From Antedon mediterranea (lineage: Eukaryota > Animalia > Echinodermata): 64,000 nt of DNA. Under the pieces are notes generated by a model that was not told where the DNA came from, made no database searches, and was given only the letters and a program-made list of their open reading frames with translations. The position numbers were made by a program, and so were the translations under genes. Positions 52,341-64,000 of the stretch are shown piece by piece (within the stretch, counting starts at the first letter, position 1; every line of letters starts with the position of its first letter). Location: positions 26,288,001 through 26,352,000 of the forward strand of contig NC_092674.1 of NCBI RefSeq assembly GCF_964355755.1, in the 5' to 3' direction.

Positions 52341-53548
52341 TTATATATATATTATTATTATATTATTACATTACGGGACTCAAAACATTAATTTTAATAA
52401 CAATTCTATTCTGAAAGATTATTCAGTTTAGGATTGAAGAACTGTAAACAATTGATTGAATTTGACAAATGCGATTAACTTTATTTTGGCTTCGTGACAG
52501 ATAATGAAATGATCTTCCCAATTAGTTAAATAATACTAGCATTCTACAGCAATTATTATAAGACCTTCGTTAATCGACAAACAAAACCCTTGGAATAAGT
52601 TTCCAAGATCAAATCTTGTCATCAATAGAACATAGATAACAATATGGTGTAATAACAGAGACGATAATAGCACTTAGGAATGTGCTATAACAATGGACCA
52701 GTACCGTAATGTCGCCTATGGAACAACGCTAGACTTATTAAAGCCATGTGACCTTAACATTGCTTAATTATTACATACCAGGTAATATCAAAACGACAAG
52801 GTTCAGAATGTTTTTAAACTCACTATAAAAAGATTTTAGTATAAAAAGACCACCTGAGTAATATGTAAATTTATGTAAAAAAGATAGAAATAAAAATGTA
52901 TGGATGAATTTCAAGCTTCCTAAACTGTTTTAATCAAGTTATAACCTCATAAAGGTTTGAACATTCTACAACAGGTAAAAACTAATATCTGGGCTACTGA
53001 AAGAAACCTTGTTGTAACCAATGTTCTACAGTAGCCTGAACCAGAGAGAGGACTAGGGGCTAGGGAGCGCTCTCCACATTTGAAACCAAAAATAAAATTA
53101 ATTATGAAGTACTTTTTGATATCTATTGACAAGACTATTGTATGTTAGCTCTTCCCAGTTTTAAAAATCATGGATCCGCCCCCCCTCTTATGTTTCTCGG
53201 CACCATATTTGTTGCCATGTTTCATCCCCTCATTGTTAATGTTATAGCTACATTTCTGTAGTTATAAACAAGAAACACTATATTTCTTAACAATGGTAAC
53301 CTTTTGAACATAAAAAGTTGCCCTCATTATTGGACCGCAACTAATTAGTTAGTTTGGAATCAATAACATTCAATTATACTCAAATTGCAAACCAGCATGT
53401 GATATAGAAAACCTCTGTAGAAAATATAAACAAGGTTATACGATGGTTATACTAAAATAAGTAGTTCAATAGAAAGGTCATGCAACAAAACAATTCAAGA
53501 TCGCTTTGTTTCTACATTATTCATGAAATCTCCACAGTTAACATGAGG

Positions 53549-53735
53549 AAGGGGGAACATGGAACTGAGGGGGAACATGGAACTGAGGGGGAACATGGAA
53601 CTGAGGGGGAACATGGAACTGAGGGGGAACATGGAACTGAGGGGGAACATGGACATGGTCCGGAACGAAGGGGGAACATGGAACGAAGGGGGAACATGGA
53701 ACGAAGGGGGAACATGGACATGGAACGAAGGGGAC
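53549..53735. repeat. 18-bp G-rich minisatellite
   Basis: Units gggggaacatggaactga and gggggaacatggaacgaa. Confidence 0.95.
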
Positions 53736-55245
53736 AAAGGCTCCTGGCTTAGGAAAATTGTGGCTGCTCATGCTCTGAGGGTTTCAAGAGGCAGAAATTT
53801 GAGAAGAAAAAGAATTGTTTGTGACTCCAAGTACAAAGATTACACAATACCCAGCTTTTGTTTTGGGAAGTTAAATCGACCAAATGGAGTCCAGATTATG
53901 CGTACTACTGTAGATCAATATTTTAAAAATGATCGTCCTCTTCTTTCTACTGTCCCGAAATTAAAACTTTAAAAATGTGACTTTCCCTTTGAGCTAATAA
54001 AAGACAATGAGACATTGAAACAAACTATTTTTGAGCTCAACCACTGATAGGTTTGGTTGCTTGAGCGTTTACCTAATAACATAGGATACTGCTCTGTCTT
54101 AGCATATACAAGGCATCAGCTAAAAGATAATCGAAACAAAGAAAATACTGTATATTTATTAACTAATGGTTTTCTATTATTATTTGATCTTTTCTTTGCA
54201 ATTTTGTCAAAACAATAACATTGATATAACTTAAAGTTAAAGTTTATTGTTAAGACTGTTTCTATAGCAACTGCAAGCATAATTCTAAAATTAGGAAATA
54301 TACTTACGTTAACAATTACGCAGAATGGAATAAACCAAACAATCTTGGTAGAAAACAAAACAGTTTGTAGAAAATGTATAGCTGAAATGCCTGCAGGGCT
54401 GAGACTACTGTATGTTTCTGAAAATGAGTACCTGCCTCTGAAAATGAGTGTCTTTCTGAAAACAAGCAAGTGGCTCTGAAAACGAGCAAGTGGCTCTGAA
54501 AACGAGTGTACTGCTCCTTATTGAAACCAAGAAAATGGCTCAACAATGAAAACTATCTTTAAAAACAAAAATGTCTCAAAGCATTTAGAAAATGTCTCCG
54601 AACAGAGAAAATGTCTTGAAAACTGAGAAAACGTCTCCAAAAAACAGGACAGCAAGTACTCAACAGACGATTTTCTAAAATGTTGAGTTCAACAGCCTGA
54701 GGCCTGCAACTGATAAGCCTTGAGCTTCACCTGTAGACAATGTAAATAAACCAGTGCTCGTCGGCCAATCAGAATACAATAATCAAACTTTGATTTTTGA
54801 ACATTGATTCATGCATGAAAAGTAATAAATACAGCAAATAACATTATGTTCACTGACTCATCTAGACAAACAAGATAACTAATTCAATTTAGCTGGTTTA
54901 TTATTTTAGAACTGATAACAAATTTTTTTTTCGTTTTGTGTCACTATATTCCAGGGACTACATGTGTGGAATTTGAAGTCCGAACGAATTCTCAAAGCAA
55001 ACAAGAGTCCATCCTCATTTGATAATGTTTTAATTTAATTGAATAACTTCTCTGTTATCATTTTATGAATCATCATTTTTAATTGAACAAGTCGTTGAAC
55101 AGAAAATAAATTATAATCAATTTTATAACTAAAAATAAACATAAGTTAATGTTTCTAAGGAAATTATAAATTATGTATATAATTTAAATTTTAATAAAAA
55201 TTGATGTAATCATAAACTAATAAGTAGATAACCTAGATACACTCA

Positions 55246-55480
55246 GTAATGTAATGTTGTTCGATTTATATAGCGCTTATACAATCAAAAGATTGTCCCA
55301 AAGCGCTGAGAGGAAAAGCAGAAAGAAATTACAAAGAAAAAAGATTGGTTTTTAATTAAGAGTTTTTTAAAAACTATGATAGAGGATGTATTTTTAATAG
55401 GATCAGGAAGATTGTTCCACAGTTTAGGAGCTGCAACTGCAAATGCTCGATCACCAAAGGTCTTAAGGCGGCTGGGTACT
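55246..55480 (-). mobile_element. 3' fragment of an L2-type LINE
   Basis: Translates ...RLKTFGDRAFAVAAPKLWNNLPDPIKNTSSIIVFKKTL, followed by an agcgct...agcgctatataaat tail and (TTACA) repeats. Confidence 0.85.
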
Positions 55481-55660
55481 GTACAAGATATACAGTAGTG
55501 TTAGATATGCCATCTTATAGTAGGCCCATTGAACAAAAAAATTACTAATACTAAGTAAATACAATGTGTTTTGCCTCTAAAGAAATACCAGAACCTTATT
55601 TTAAAAGATAAAACTAAAGTGGCTGATTTCATCCTTCTACCAACCTTTAAAAAAACTCAC

Positions 55661-55845
55661 CTTCTCTCAATTGGGCGCCTATTTCTAGTTCCACTAAAAG
55701 ACAGGCTTCTACTGCCTCTACGCTGAGGACTACATTCAATCGCTACACCGCCATCTTGTACATCCCCTTGTCTAAAAACACGAGAAACTATATTACCGAA
55801 TCCAGAAGAAAGGTTATGCAACGACTGGCCTAAAAAGTTGTTCAT
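55661..55845 (-). CDS. Candidate alternative first coding exon of Shroom (PDZ-less isoform)
   Basis: ccacgATG start with an in-frame TAA 10 codons upstream and no intervening AG. 61 codons MNNFLGQSLHNLSSGFGNIVSRVFRQ...RRPIER, then AG|gtgagt phase-2 donor matching the downstream acceptors. Confidence 0.7.
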
Positions 55846-58566
55846 CGTGGTCAGATAGTCACAGAAGAATGTTTAAGTCCTTGGCCTAGAGTTTCTAGTA
55901 CCTTCCTCAGACGGCCTAGAACTGGGTATGCGAATGCTATTTTACTTAATAGATTTCTTTATGTCCGCTAGAGCAAGCAGCAATTTAAGCTACAATCAAT
56001 ATTACTAATCATTTGTACAGTAATGCAGGAAAAGTTTGTATATAACGTAACCAAACAAAGAGAGAAAAAAACAGATCAATAGTATGAACCAAAAGCAGTA
56101 TAGGAGTAGGGTCCATTGTGATTAGGGGTATGCATTGTGTTACCCTTTAGTGGGTCACAATAAGGAACAAGTGTTGCAAATCCTATGTAAGTTTACTTAG
56201 TTTTATTCAGCCTTCACACTAGTGAGCTAATTAATTGTCAATAATGAATTCCTCAAAATCTCTAGAGCAGTAAACTATTTTATGCAAATGAGTTCAGAGA
56301 GGGACATTCAAATTGGTATAAATAATATTTCAGACATTCCAAATTTTGTATAAAATTATATACAAAACTATAATATTAATTCATCCTTAATTTGAAGTAA
56401 ATTATCTGAGAATATTAACTGTAAATGGAGATACAGTATGTGTTTATTGGATTTTAATTATTGTATACAATAGCCATATACATGTACTGTACCTGTTGAT
56501 TGGACTATACAGTATTTTTATATCTCTGCTGTGTAATAGTGTGTTTAAGTTGTACAGTACCATTATTTATTAACAATAACATTTTATATACTACAGGTAA
56601 CTATACAGTGGATGTTTCTAAATACACAAATAATTTACACTATACCTATAAATATGTTGCATTAAATATTCCGTATTCCTAAAGATAAACAAATAAAGTT
56701 AGAAATATAGCATTATAATGGCTTACCTCACGTAAGTGTGATTTATAAATTATATTATCAAAACAAATATGATTATTACAAATTGGTATTTTGTCAGACA
56801 GACAGCAAACAGTAATTTCCTCAGCCTTCAAGCAAACAATTATTATTTTGCCTATTATAGTGCTGGTAGATTTAACAACATTCAGGTTTTAGCTACAGTA
56901 TACTAGCAAACATATACCACTAGCAAGGGGAGCTTAAATGAAATCTGCCCTGGGGAAATTGGTTTTAAGTTTTGTGTATATGAGTCGGAGTGTGATTACC
57001 GGTAACAAGGTTGCACCGACTTTGAAAGAGCAAGTCTTTTCTAAAACCATAAGTACAGATGTTTGAAACTTGACAGGAAGTGGGTAAAGGATTAAGGTAG
57101 GGTTAATCATAGGTCCCCCAGAGCCTGCGGAGAAATTCCAAACAATGTTATATGACTGAAATATCTGTAGGTCATTACATTTCTTGGTAACAAGAATAGA
57201 ATGAATTAGTATGTTATTCTGTTTAGTATTTTTTTGCTTGTATTTGGTCTGCTTCAGAATCGAGGCTGAAATAACATGAAGCATAAATAGTGTTTAAATA
57301 AATTATAATATTGTAATTGTTGTTAACATATCGCGAATGGGTTGTACGGATGAGCAAATTATCTTATAAAGATACACTGCCAGTCTAAAAAATAAATAGT
57401 TTAACACAAAACTTACATTTAAAGAATGTCCACACACAGAGGCATTAAACACAACCTTTTTTTCTAAACACCAAGTTGATTTACAGTAATTCTTCATCTA
57501 TTAAATGCACAAATGAATACAAAGACAAAGCCTTTTGAAATCAAAATTTTAGATTTGATCTTTGTGGCTTCCTTACCCCATTCGAGGACCTCCTCTGTGT
57601 GAAGGAACGTGTACCAAATGAAAAGTATTGTTGGATAAAAATTTTTTAAATATTGTCAGACTGTTTAACAATAAATTTATTACCACCGCACAGAGGTAAT
57701 AACAATTATATTAGAGGTTAAATAGTTACATCTGGTTTGTTTTTTGGGGGTTTTTTTTTGGTTTAAATATAGTATTAGTATTTGATTATACTTACCTGCA
57801 TTGGGAATACTAGGTAGACAACGAAGGGGATTGCATGCAAGTGAATTGGGAGAAGAAGGGGAAAATCATTCCAACTGCGTTCGATATTCCATCACATCAA
57901 GAAAATGTTAAAACTGTGCTTTTGTCAGTATTGTACCTGTGTGCTACTGTTAATAGTTAAACCTTTTTCGTCCCATTGGGAAAAAGGGTAAACTCTTGTG
58001 ATTTCATTAGTGATCACATTAGTAGAGTTGTTAGCCCAACAAGGCCAGGAATGGGCCCTGGGGTAACATTGCTCTTTCTGAAATGAGCTAAATGTGTACA
58101 CTGGACTTCCAGTCAATATCAAAGAAGACTAGTTATACAGTACTACAACCAGAATTATGGTATGGAGTAAATTACAGTGTAATAGGGAGCTTTCAACTTC
58201 AATGACCAACGACAAAATTACGTCATGTTAGTTCTTTGTGTGCATGCAGGAATATTGGAAAGTGTATCCTCGCTCCTCATCAACATAGGTTTGGTGATTT
58301 TTAGGTCCAAGCGACGATCCACGACAAATGCATTGACCTAAACCAGAATGGTCGTCGGTCTAATGGTTGTGGTTCACAATACCCCTTCTGTCTTAAATGT
58401 TTGGCCACTCTACATATACTGTAGCACAACTTTATTTTTAGCACTGCATACACAACAATTCACAGTATTTATTAGAAGAGAACTAAAATTATGTTTTAAA
58501 CAAACAATAGTTTACATCCTTAGCATGCAATATAAATCTTTCACTACAGCAGGATATTCTTTTTAC

Positions 58567-58715
58567 CTTATAACTTGTAGCACCAATTCTTTCCTAGCTC
58601 TGCGTACATGTTGTACAGCTTCCGCATGAGATGCACATGCCACGCTGTTAATACTAACTAGCACATCGTCAACTTTCACCTGGCCCGATAGATTTGCCTT
58701 ACCCCCGTTTTCAAC
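58567..58715 (-). CDS. Shroom: Shroom-family gene, exon encoding the C-terminal part of the PDZ domain
   Basis: ttttcag| acceptor and AG|gtaaaa donor, 149 nt, phase 0 to 2. Translates VENGGKANLSGQVKVDDVLVSINSVACASHAEAVQHVRRARKELVLQVI(R). This resembles the vertebrate Shroom2/3/4 PDZ segment (VEEGGKAD...GDEVVHIN...EAVSLVKGSYKTLRLVVRR, from memory). Confidence 0.9.
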
Positions 58716-59247
58716 CTGAAAATAAAATAGAAATGTTTTTAAAATGTTAATAAAATTTAATAGAATACTATACTGTACAAGCTTTTAAATTAAACACAAT
58801 CTACCTTATTTTTAAGCAGTAAGAAAAGCTGTCTAAAACAGCTTGCAGTAGGAAAAGAAGGGTAATGTCTGGCCCATACAATTTAATAAGATTAACAAAA
58901 AATATTAAGTCTATATTAAAACAAAACTTATTTTATATGTATAAATTAGATTAGAAGAATTTAACTGTCTTCATAGAGGGAGCTCTTTCAACTTTACTTG
59001 TGTTGATTTCTGAAAGATGGTCTCAAGAGGTTACAAAGATTATCAAATACTATAGAGGGCTCACTTCAATTTTATCATCATATCAGCTGTCAGTGTCTGT
59101 CACAACAAATACATTATGACATAAAATATGAATCAATAATTACATGAGTGAATACAAATGTCAAGGTACAATGTTAATGTGACCAATCAATATTTCAATC
59201 ATAATAATCATAATATCTTTTTAAAATTTCACTACAATAATTACCTA

Positions 59248-59411
59248 TTACTGTATCATCATCATCATCATCATAGGGTTACTGTATCATCATCATAGGG
59301 TTACTGTATCATCATCATCATAGGGTTACTGTATCATCATCATCATCATCATCATAGGGTTACTGTATCATCATCATCATAGGGTTACTGTATCATCATC
59401 ATCATAGGGTT
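59248..59411. repeat. Compound (ATC)n microsatellite/minisatellite
   Basis: ttactgt(atc)n-atagggt repeated about 6 times with variable n. Confidence 0.95.
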
Positions 59412-59657
59412 TTATAATTGAGAAATTAATAATTTAGAAACCTAGTTATTATTTTCAGGGTCATCATACAATTAATACATTTGGCAGTTTTGTACATTAT
59501 TTAATGTGATTATTATGTAATGTAATTTATTTACCATTTTTCCTTATCTTAAATAGTCAGTGTTTGATTTTAAATAAGCTTTTAAAATGTTATTGGTATA
59601 GTTTCCATAACAACAGGTAAACAGCTTTTGTTTTTAAAAGGAAGTACAGGTACTGTA

Positions 59658-59826
59658 AGCTCTATGATCTACTCTATCAACTTTATGTGCCCATATATGG
59701 ACATGATAATGTCATGTCACTACCATATTTGGGCATATCACTGCCATATTTGGGCATATCACTGCCATATTAGGCCACATCACACTTTTTTTGTCAAACT
59801 AATTTGATATTGTAGTGTAAACAGAG
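59658..59826. mobile_element. MITE family A copy (reverse orientation)
   Basis: agctctat...catatcactgccatatttgggca repeats...gtgtaaacagag. Confidence 0.75.
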
Positions 59827-62040
59827 GGATAAAGACGCAATCATCATTAACAAATAACAATCATTGCTGCTAAAACTTATTCCTATAAAAAGGATTAAAA
59901 CATGAAGTAGAATTACTCTTTTCACACCTCTTTCTTCATCATTTTGTACATTTAAAACTACTCAGAAAAAGATAATCAGATTTCTACCAAGCTATATAAA
60001 AAACCAGGATATAATATGACTCATTGTATCTTGTCTGCTGCAAACACTATGGCTGAGTGACACTGGATTTAAATATGAATGGTGACCATTACTATCACTT
60101 TAAAAGGTTTTAACCACAAAATGAGCTGTTTACCAAAAAAACAAGAAGTGACATATTTTTAGAGTTAGTTAACAATTTTATTATAAGAAATTTCAAGAAA
60201 ATATAAATGTTTTGGGGTTTTCAAGCAAGATTATTTTTAACTTCTTGTACACACTACTACTGTAATACTAACAATTCACTGAACAGTCAAAATACCATTT
60301 TATTTTTAGCTATTTTATTATTGTAAATAGTAAACAATACAGTTATATTTTTAAATGTTGAGTATTTACCAATATCAGTAATATTTAAAGTAAAAAAGAA
60401 TGAAAGATAGATCTTTCAAAAGATATTTATTTGTACTGGTACCGATATTTTATTTTAAACATATTACACAAACCAAAAGTGGTGTTGGTAGTCTATAAAT
60501 AAGTGCTAAATTACCTGGAAAAACAGGCATTGGTCTATTCTCTCTGATAAGAAAGCTACAACTCGAATATATAACAAATTTATTAAACATCCCTATCAGA
60601 TAATGGTGTACATTACATGAACCCTGCCCTCAAGTGGGAACATCCCAACATACCACCAGCATCATTGTAGGATTATTTTAAACATATTGCATTTATGATT
60701 TATACATCATAGATAGAAAGGTGGACTTTATGTTCTGAGAACTCAAAACTGTCATAACGAAACGACAAAACTACAAAATAAGAGGAACAGTATAGCATTA
60801 AAAACAGTACTTCAAAATTTCAAAATATTACGTTTTTAAAATTATTAATATTAATACTTCCTAAAATGTATTGATATTAACGCTGTTTGTTAACAAAACA
60901 TTGTTTACTTACATATTTTAGAAACATATATGTAAATGCTAATCAATTATTGGTAATAATAATAATTAATATGCTAGTTGTCTGAAACTAAACTACAGTA
61001 TTACTATTATACAGGTATATTAGAGAACTGGGTCAACAACATTTTTGTTTAAATGGGTCTTTTATGTCAAATATTTAGGTGTAGGGATAACTATGAATTG
61101 AACCCTAGAATATCAACTGTATCAGCTTCACACCTTTCTGATATTATGACATCATATCATGTTATCAATAGAAAGGTATGATGTAATCATAAAGGTGGGG
61201 TGGATGATACCCCATCTTTATTTCAAATTCCATGTTTACCGAATACAGTTTCTAGTACAACTCTTGAATTGGAATGTACAGTACTGTCAGAATATGAATC
61301 ACCGAATCTAGTCATGCGTAAAGAAGGAGCGGCAGGCACCGATTGGAAGCAATCAGTAGCAGAATTATTCAGAATTATTTCCTGGATTTAAGTTGCATAC
61401 AAAAACATCCAGGTGAAACCACAGACAAATTTTGAAATGTTGACAGATTTAAACAATGGTTGAATAACAAGCTGTTCAGACAATCATTTCTCAGAGTTAG
61501 ATAAGTCAATAAAAGCGGTTTAACCAAGGGCGCTTTCAAACGTAATTTCATATCACAATTTTTCATACGCATGCGAATTTAAGATCCTGTAGTTTGATAA
61601 CTTTATTTTCTGAAGAATACGGCAAGAGCAGTTATTTGAATGATATTTTTCTAATGTATTTAAAAAAATGTACTAGCTAGTACTACTGTACATCATCCTC
61701 AAGTTTTAACTGGAATTTAAAAATGTAAAGACAAAGTACTTATGACATACTAGACTTAATGTCACAATAAATTGTTTATTCGGTAACTTTACATTCTCAG
61801 TATGACATGTGGGAATAAACGTATGTACATGTAAAGTGTTTTTGTAGCTACCATGAATTATACAATTTAGTTTCTAATCAAAATAATTCAGTACTGGAAG
61901 AATAAAATGACTAAACCATACACATTCTACTAACTGTAACTGTGACAGTTGCTCTGGTATCAAACATGTGTGGTACAGAATAACTTAAATCGGACAAAAC
62001 TTATTGGAGTGATATTGTACTGTAAGTACAGTATCACACA

Positions 62041-62409
62041 GGCTCTCATTATCAAACAAGTTTGACAACAAAAGTGTGATGTGCCAAATATTGTAGTGAT
62101 ATGACATCACCATGACCAGTTATGCACTAAGGCGCAGGATTGGTCATAGCAATAAATAGCAAAGAAATAGCTGTGTAAATGCTATACTTGATACAGCAAA
62201 AATAGCAATAGAATAGCAAACAAATAGCTGTGTAAATGCTATACTTGATACAGCAAAAATAGCAATAGAATAGCAAACAAATAGCTGTGTAAATGCTATA
62301 CTTGATACAGCAAAAATAGCAATAGAATAGCAAACAAATCCTGTGCTTTACTCCAGTTATGGGTATATCCCATTTTGTTATCACATAAAGTTTGATAGTG
62401 TAGACAGCT
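62041..62409. mobile_element. MITE family A copy interrupted by a tandem-repeat insert
   Basis: Left part 62041-62115, right part 62360-62409, with a 54-bp tandem array between. Confidence 0.7.
62149..62339. repeat. 54-bp tandem repeat, ~3.5 copies
   Basis: Unit aatagcaaacaaatagctgtgtaaatgctatacttgatacagcaaaaatagcaatag-type. Confidence 0.93.
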
Positions 62410-63374
62410 TTAAGAAAGTGAACTGATCACATATGCCTCCGACTTTGTATAACTATAGATTTACACTACATGATATCGAAAGAGTAATTCTGTAGGTCTG
62501 AACAGGCCCTTATTCTTTATGACAGGTAAACTAGATCTCTCACAGCCAGGGGTACAAGTCATCATATTCTATTCATTACTCAACATTTTTATAAATATTA
62601 CGTGCATACTCTGCTCGGCAAACATTTTTGAAAAGTATAAAGTTTCTGACAGAACAATAATTCTATTATGTACATTAATAGATTTGACCCAATTCTACAA
62701 ATGCTAACAATCCTTTAAGTACAGGTAATGTTTTATCCTATTATGGTAGTTAACTGTAAGAAGTATTTTTCTACATTATGTATTGAAATTAAACTGTTGA
62801 CTTTAAAATAACATTTCTTGATTATCACACATAAATTAAGTACAACTAACCATGTAATCAAATTTATTTGTACAAACAATGATCAGATTACTGATGTCTT
62901 GGGTAAACTTACCTACCCTATACTATTTTAAGTCAAAGTGCAAACAAGGCTTTAGTGATCTTTGTCAGACATGCCATTCATACATTAAATAACGTGTGAA
63001 ATTTTCATAAAAAGAGAATGCATTTTGTTGATCAGTAAAGATACCATGCAAAGAAAAAAAAACTTACTATAGATTGAATTCCATAATGTTTGAAAAATAT
63101 TATGTTGATTTTAAATTCCATACATATTGATAATTGTAGTGAGTTATTTACAGCCTTCTGTTAACTCCAAAAATGGACCCCTATATTACCCCCTAGGGCT
63201 TAGCAATTGCACCCTTGCCAACACAGGTCTAGACATGTGTTACAATATTAACACAGGTAGGATTCAAGGGCAAAGCATTTCCTTGGATCATGTAAACATG
63301 TAAACATAAAATAAATCAATCTTCTGTACAATAATAAGTCATCAGCTGAAGCATCAGGACTTGTTCACTTGTCC

Positions 63375-64000
63375 ACTGGGCTTGTAGATTTGACTTTGGT
63401 CTGTAGATTTGACTTGGGCCTGTAGATTTGACTTTGGTCTGTAGATTTGACTTTGGTCAGTATATTTGACTTGGGCTGTAGATTTGACTTTGGCCTGTAG
63501 ATTTGACTTTGGCCTGTAGATGTGACTTGGGCCTGTACTGTAGATTTGGGCCTGTTGATTTGACTTGGGCCTGTAGATTTGACTAGGGCATGTATATGTG
63601 ACTTGGGCCTGTACTGTAGATTTGGGCCTGTTGATTTGACTTGGGCCTGTAGATTTGACTTTGGTCAGTAGATTTGATTTGGGCCTGTAGATTTGACTTT
63701 GGTCAGTAGATTTGACTTAGGCCTGTTGATTTGACTTGGACCTGTAGATTTTACTTTGGTCAGTAGATTTGACTTGGGCCTGTAGATTTGACTTTGGTCT
63801 ATAGATTTGACTTGGACCTGTACTGTAGATTTGACTTGGGCCTGTACTATAGATTTGACTTGGACCTGTACTGTAGATTTGACTTGGACCTGTACTGTAG
63901 ATTTGACTTGGACCTGTACTGTAGATTTGACTTGGACCTGTAGATTTGACTTTGACCTGTACTGTAGATTTGACTTGGACCTGTAGATTTGACTTATAGG
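63375..64000. repeat. 19-25-bp minisatellite running off the window end
   Basis: Unit (gtact)gtagatttgactt(t)gg(g/a)cct. Confidence 0.95.

Noticed and set aside
53480-53972. Repetitive ORFs (GEHGTE, MELRGN)
   Set aside because: Translations of an 18-bp minisatellite, with no splice or domain support.
60913-60927. ATG TTT CTA AAA TAT|gtaagt, in phase with the PDZ exon
   Set aside because: Only 15 nt in very AT-rich DNA and would give half a PDZ. The true first PDZ exon (WGF motif) was not found and is presumably beyond the window.
61200-61572. Moderately GC-rich short ORFs on both strands
   Set aside because: No recognisable domain, and the only plausible minus-strand donor is phase 1, incompatible with the PDZ exon.

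Overview
AT-rich metazoan (invertebrate, plausibly deuterostome) genomic DNA. The window lies inside one large minus-strand gene of the Shroom family. Six phase-compatible coding exons can be spliced by hand (~1,510 codons): a PDZ exon at 58567-58715, a 195-nt cassette-type exon, a 3.26-kb exon starting with an RPNSWH motif, two Pro-rich exons with LPPPP motifs in the second, and an exon that enters the ASD2/SD2 domain. The first PDZ exon and the rest of ASD2 lie outside the window. The introns hold several candidate alternative first exons that all end in phase 2, and a 5'-truncated but uninterrupted CR1/L2-group LINE RT ORF in sense orientation that starts exactly at a strong splice acceptor. 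They also hold a Penelope-like palindrome carrying a minimal hammerhead ribozyme with a compensatory A3-U8 core pair, an IS3EU-like foldback element nested in a MITE, a tRNA-derived SINE, about 14 copies of one MITE family, other MITEs and many minisatellites. All calls were made by eye with no database searches.
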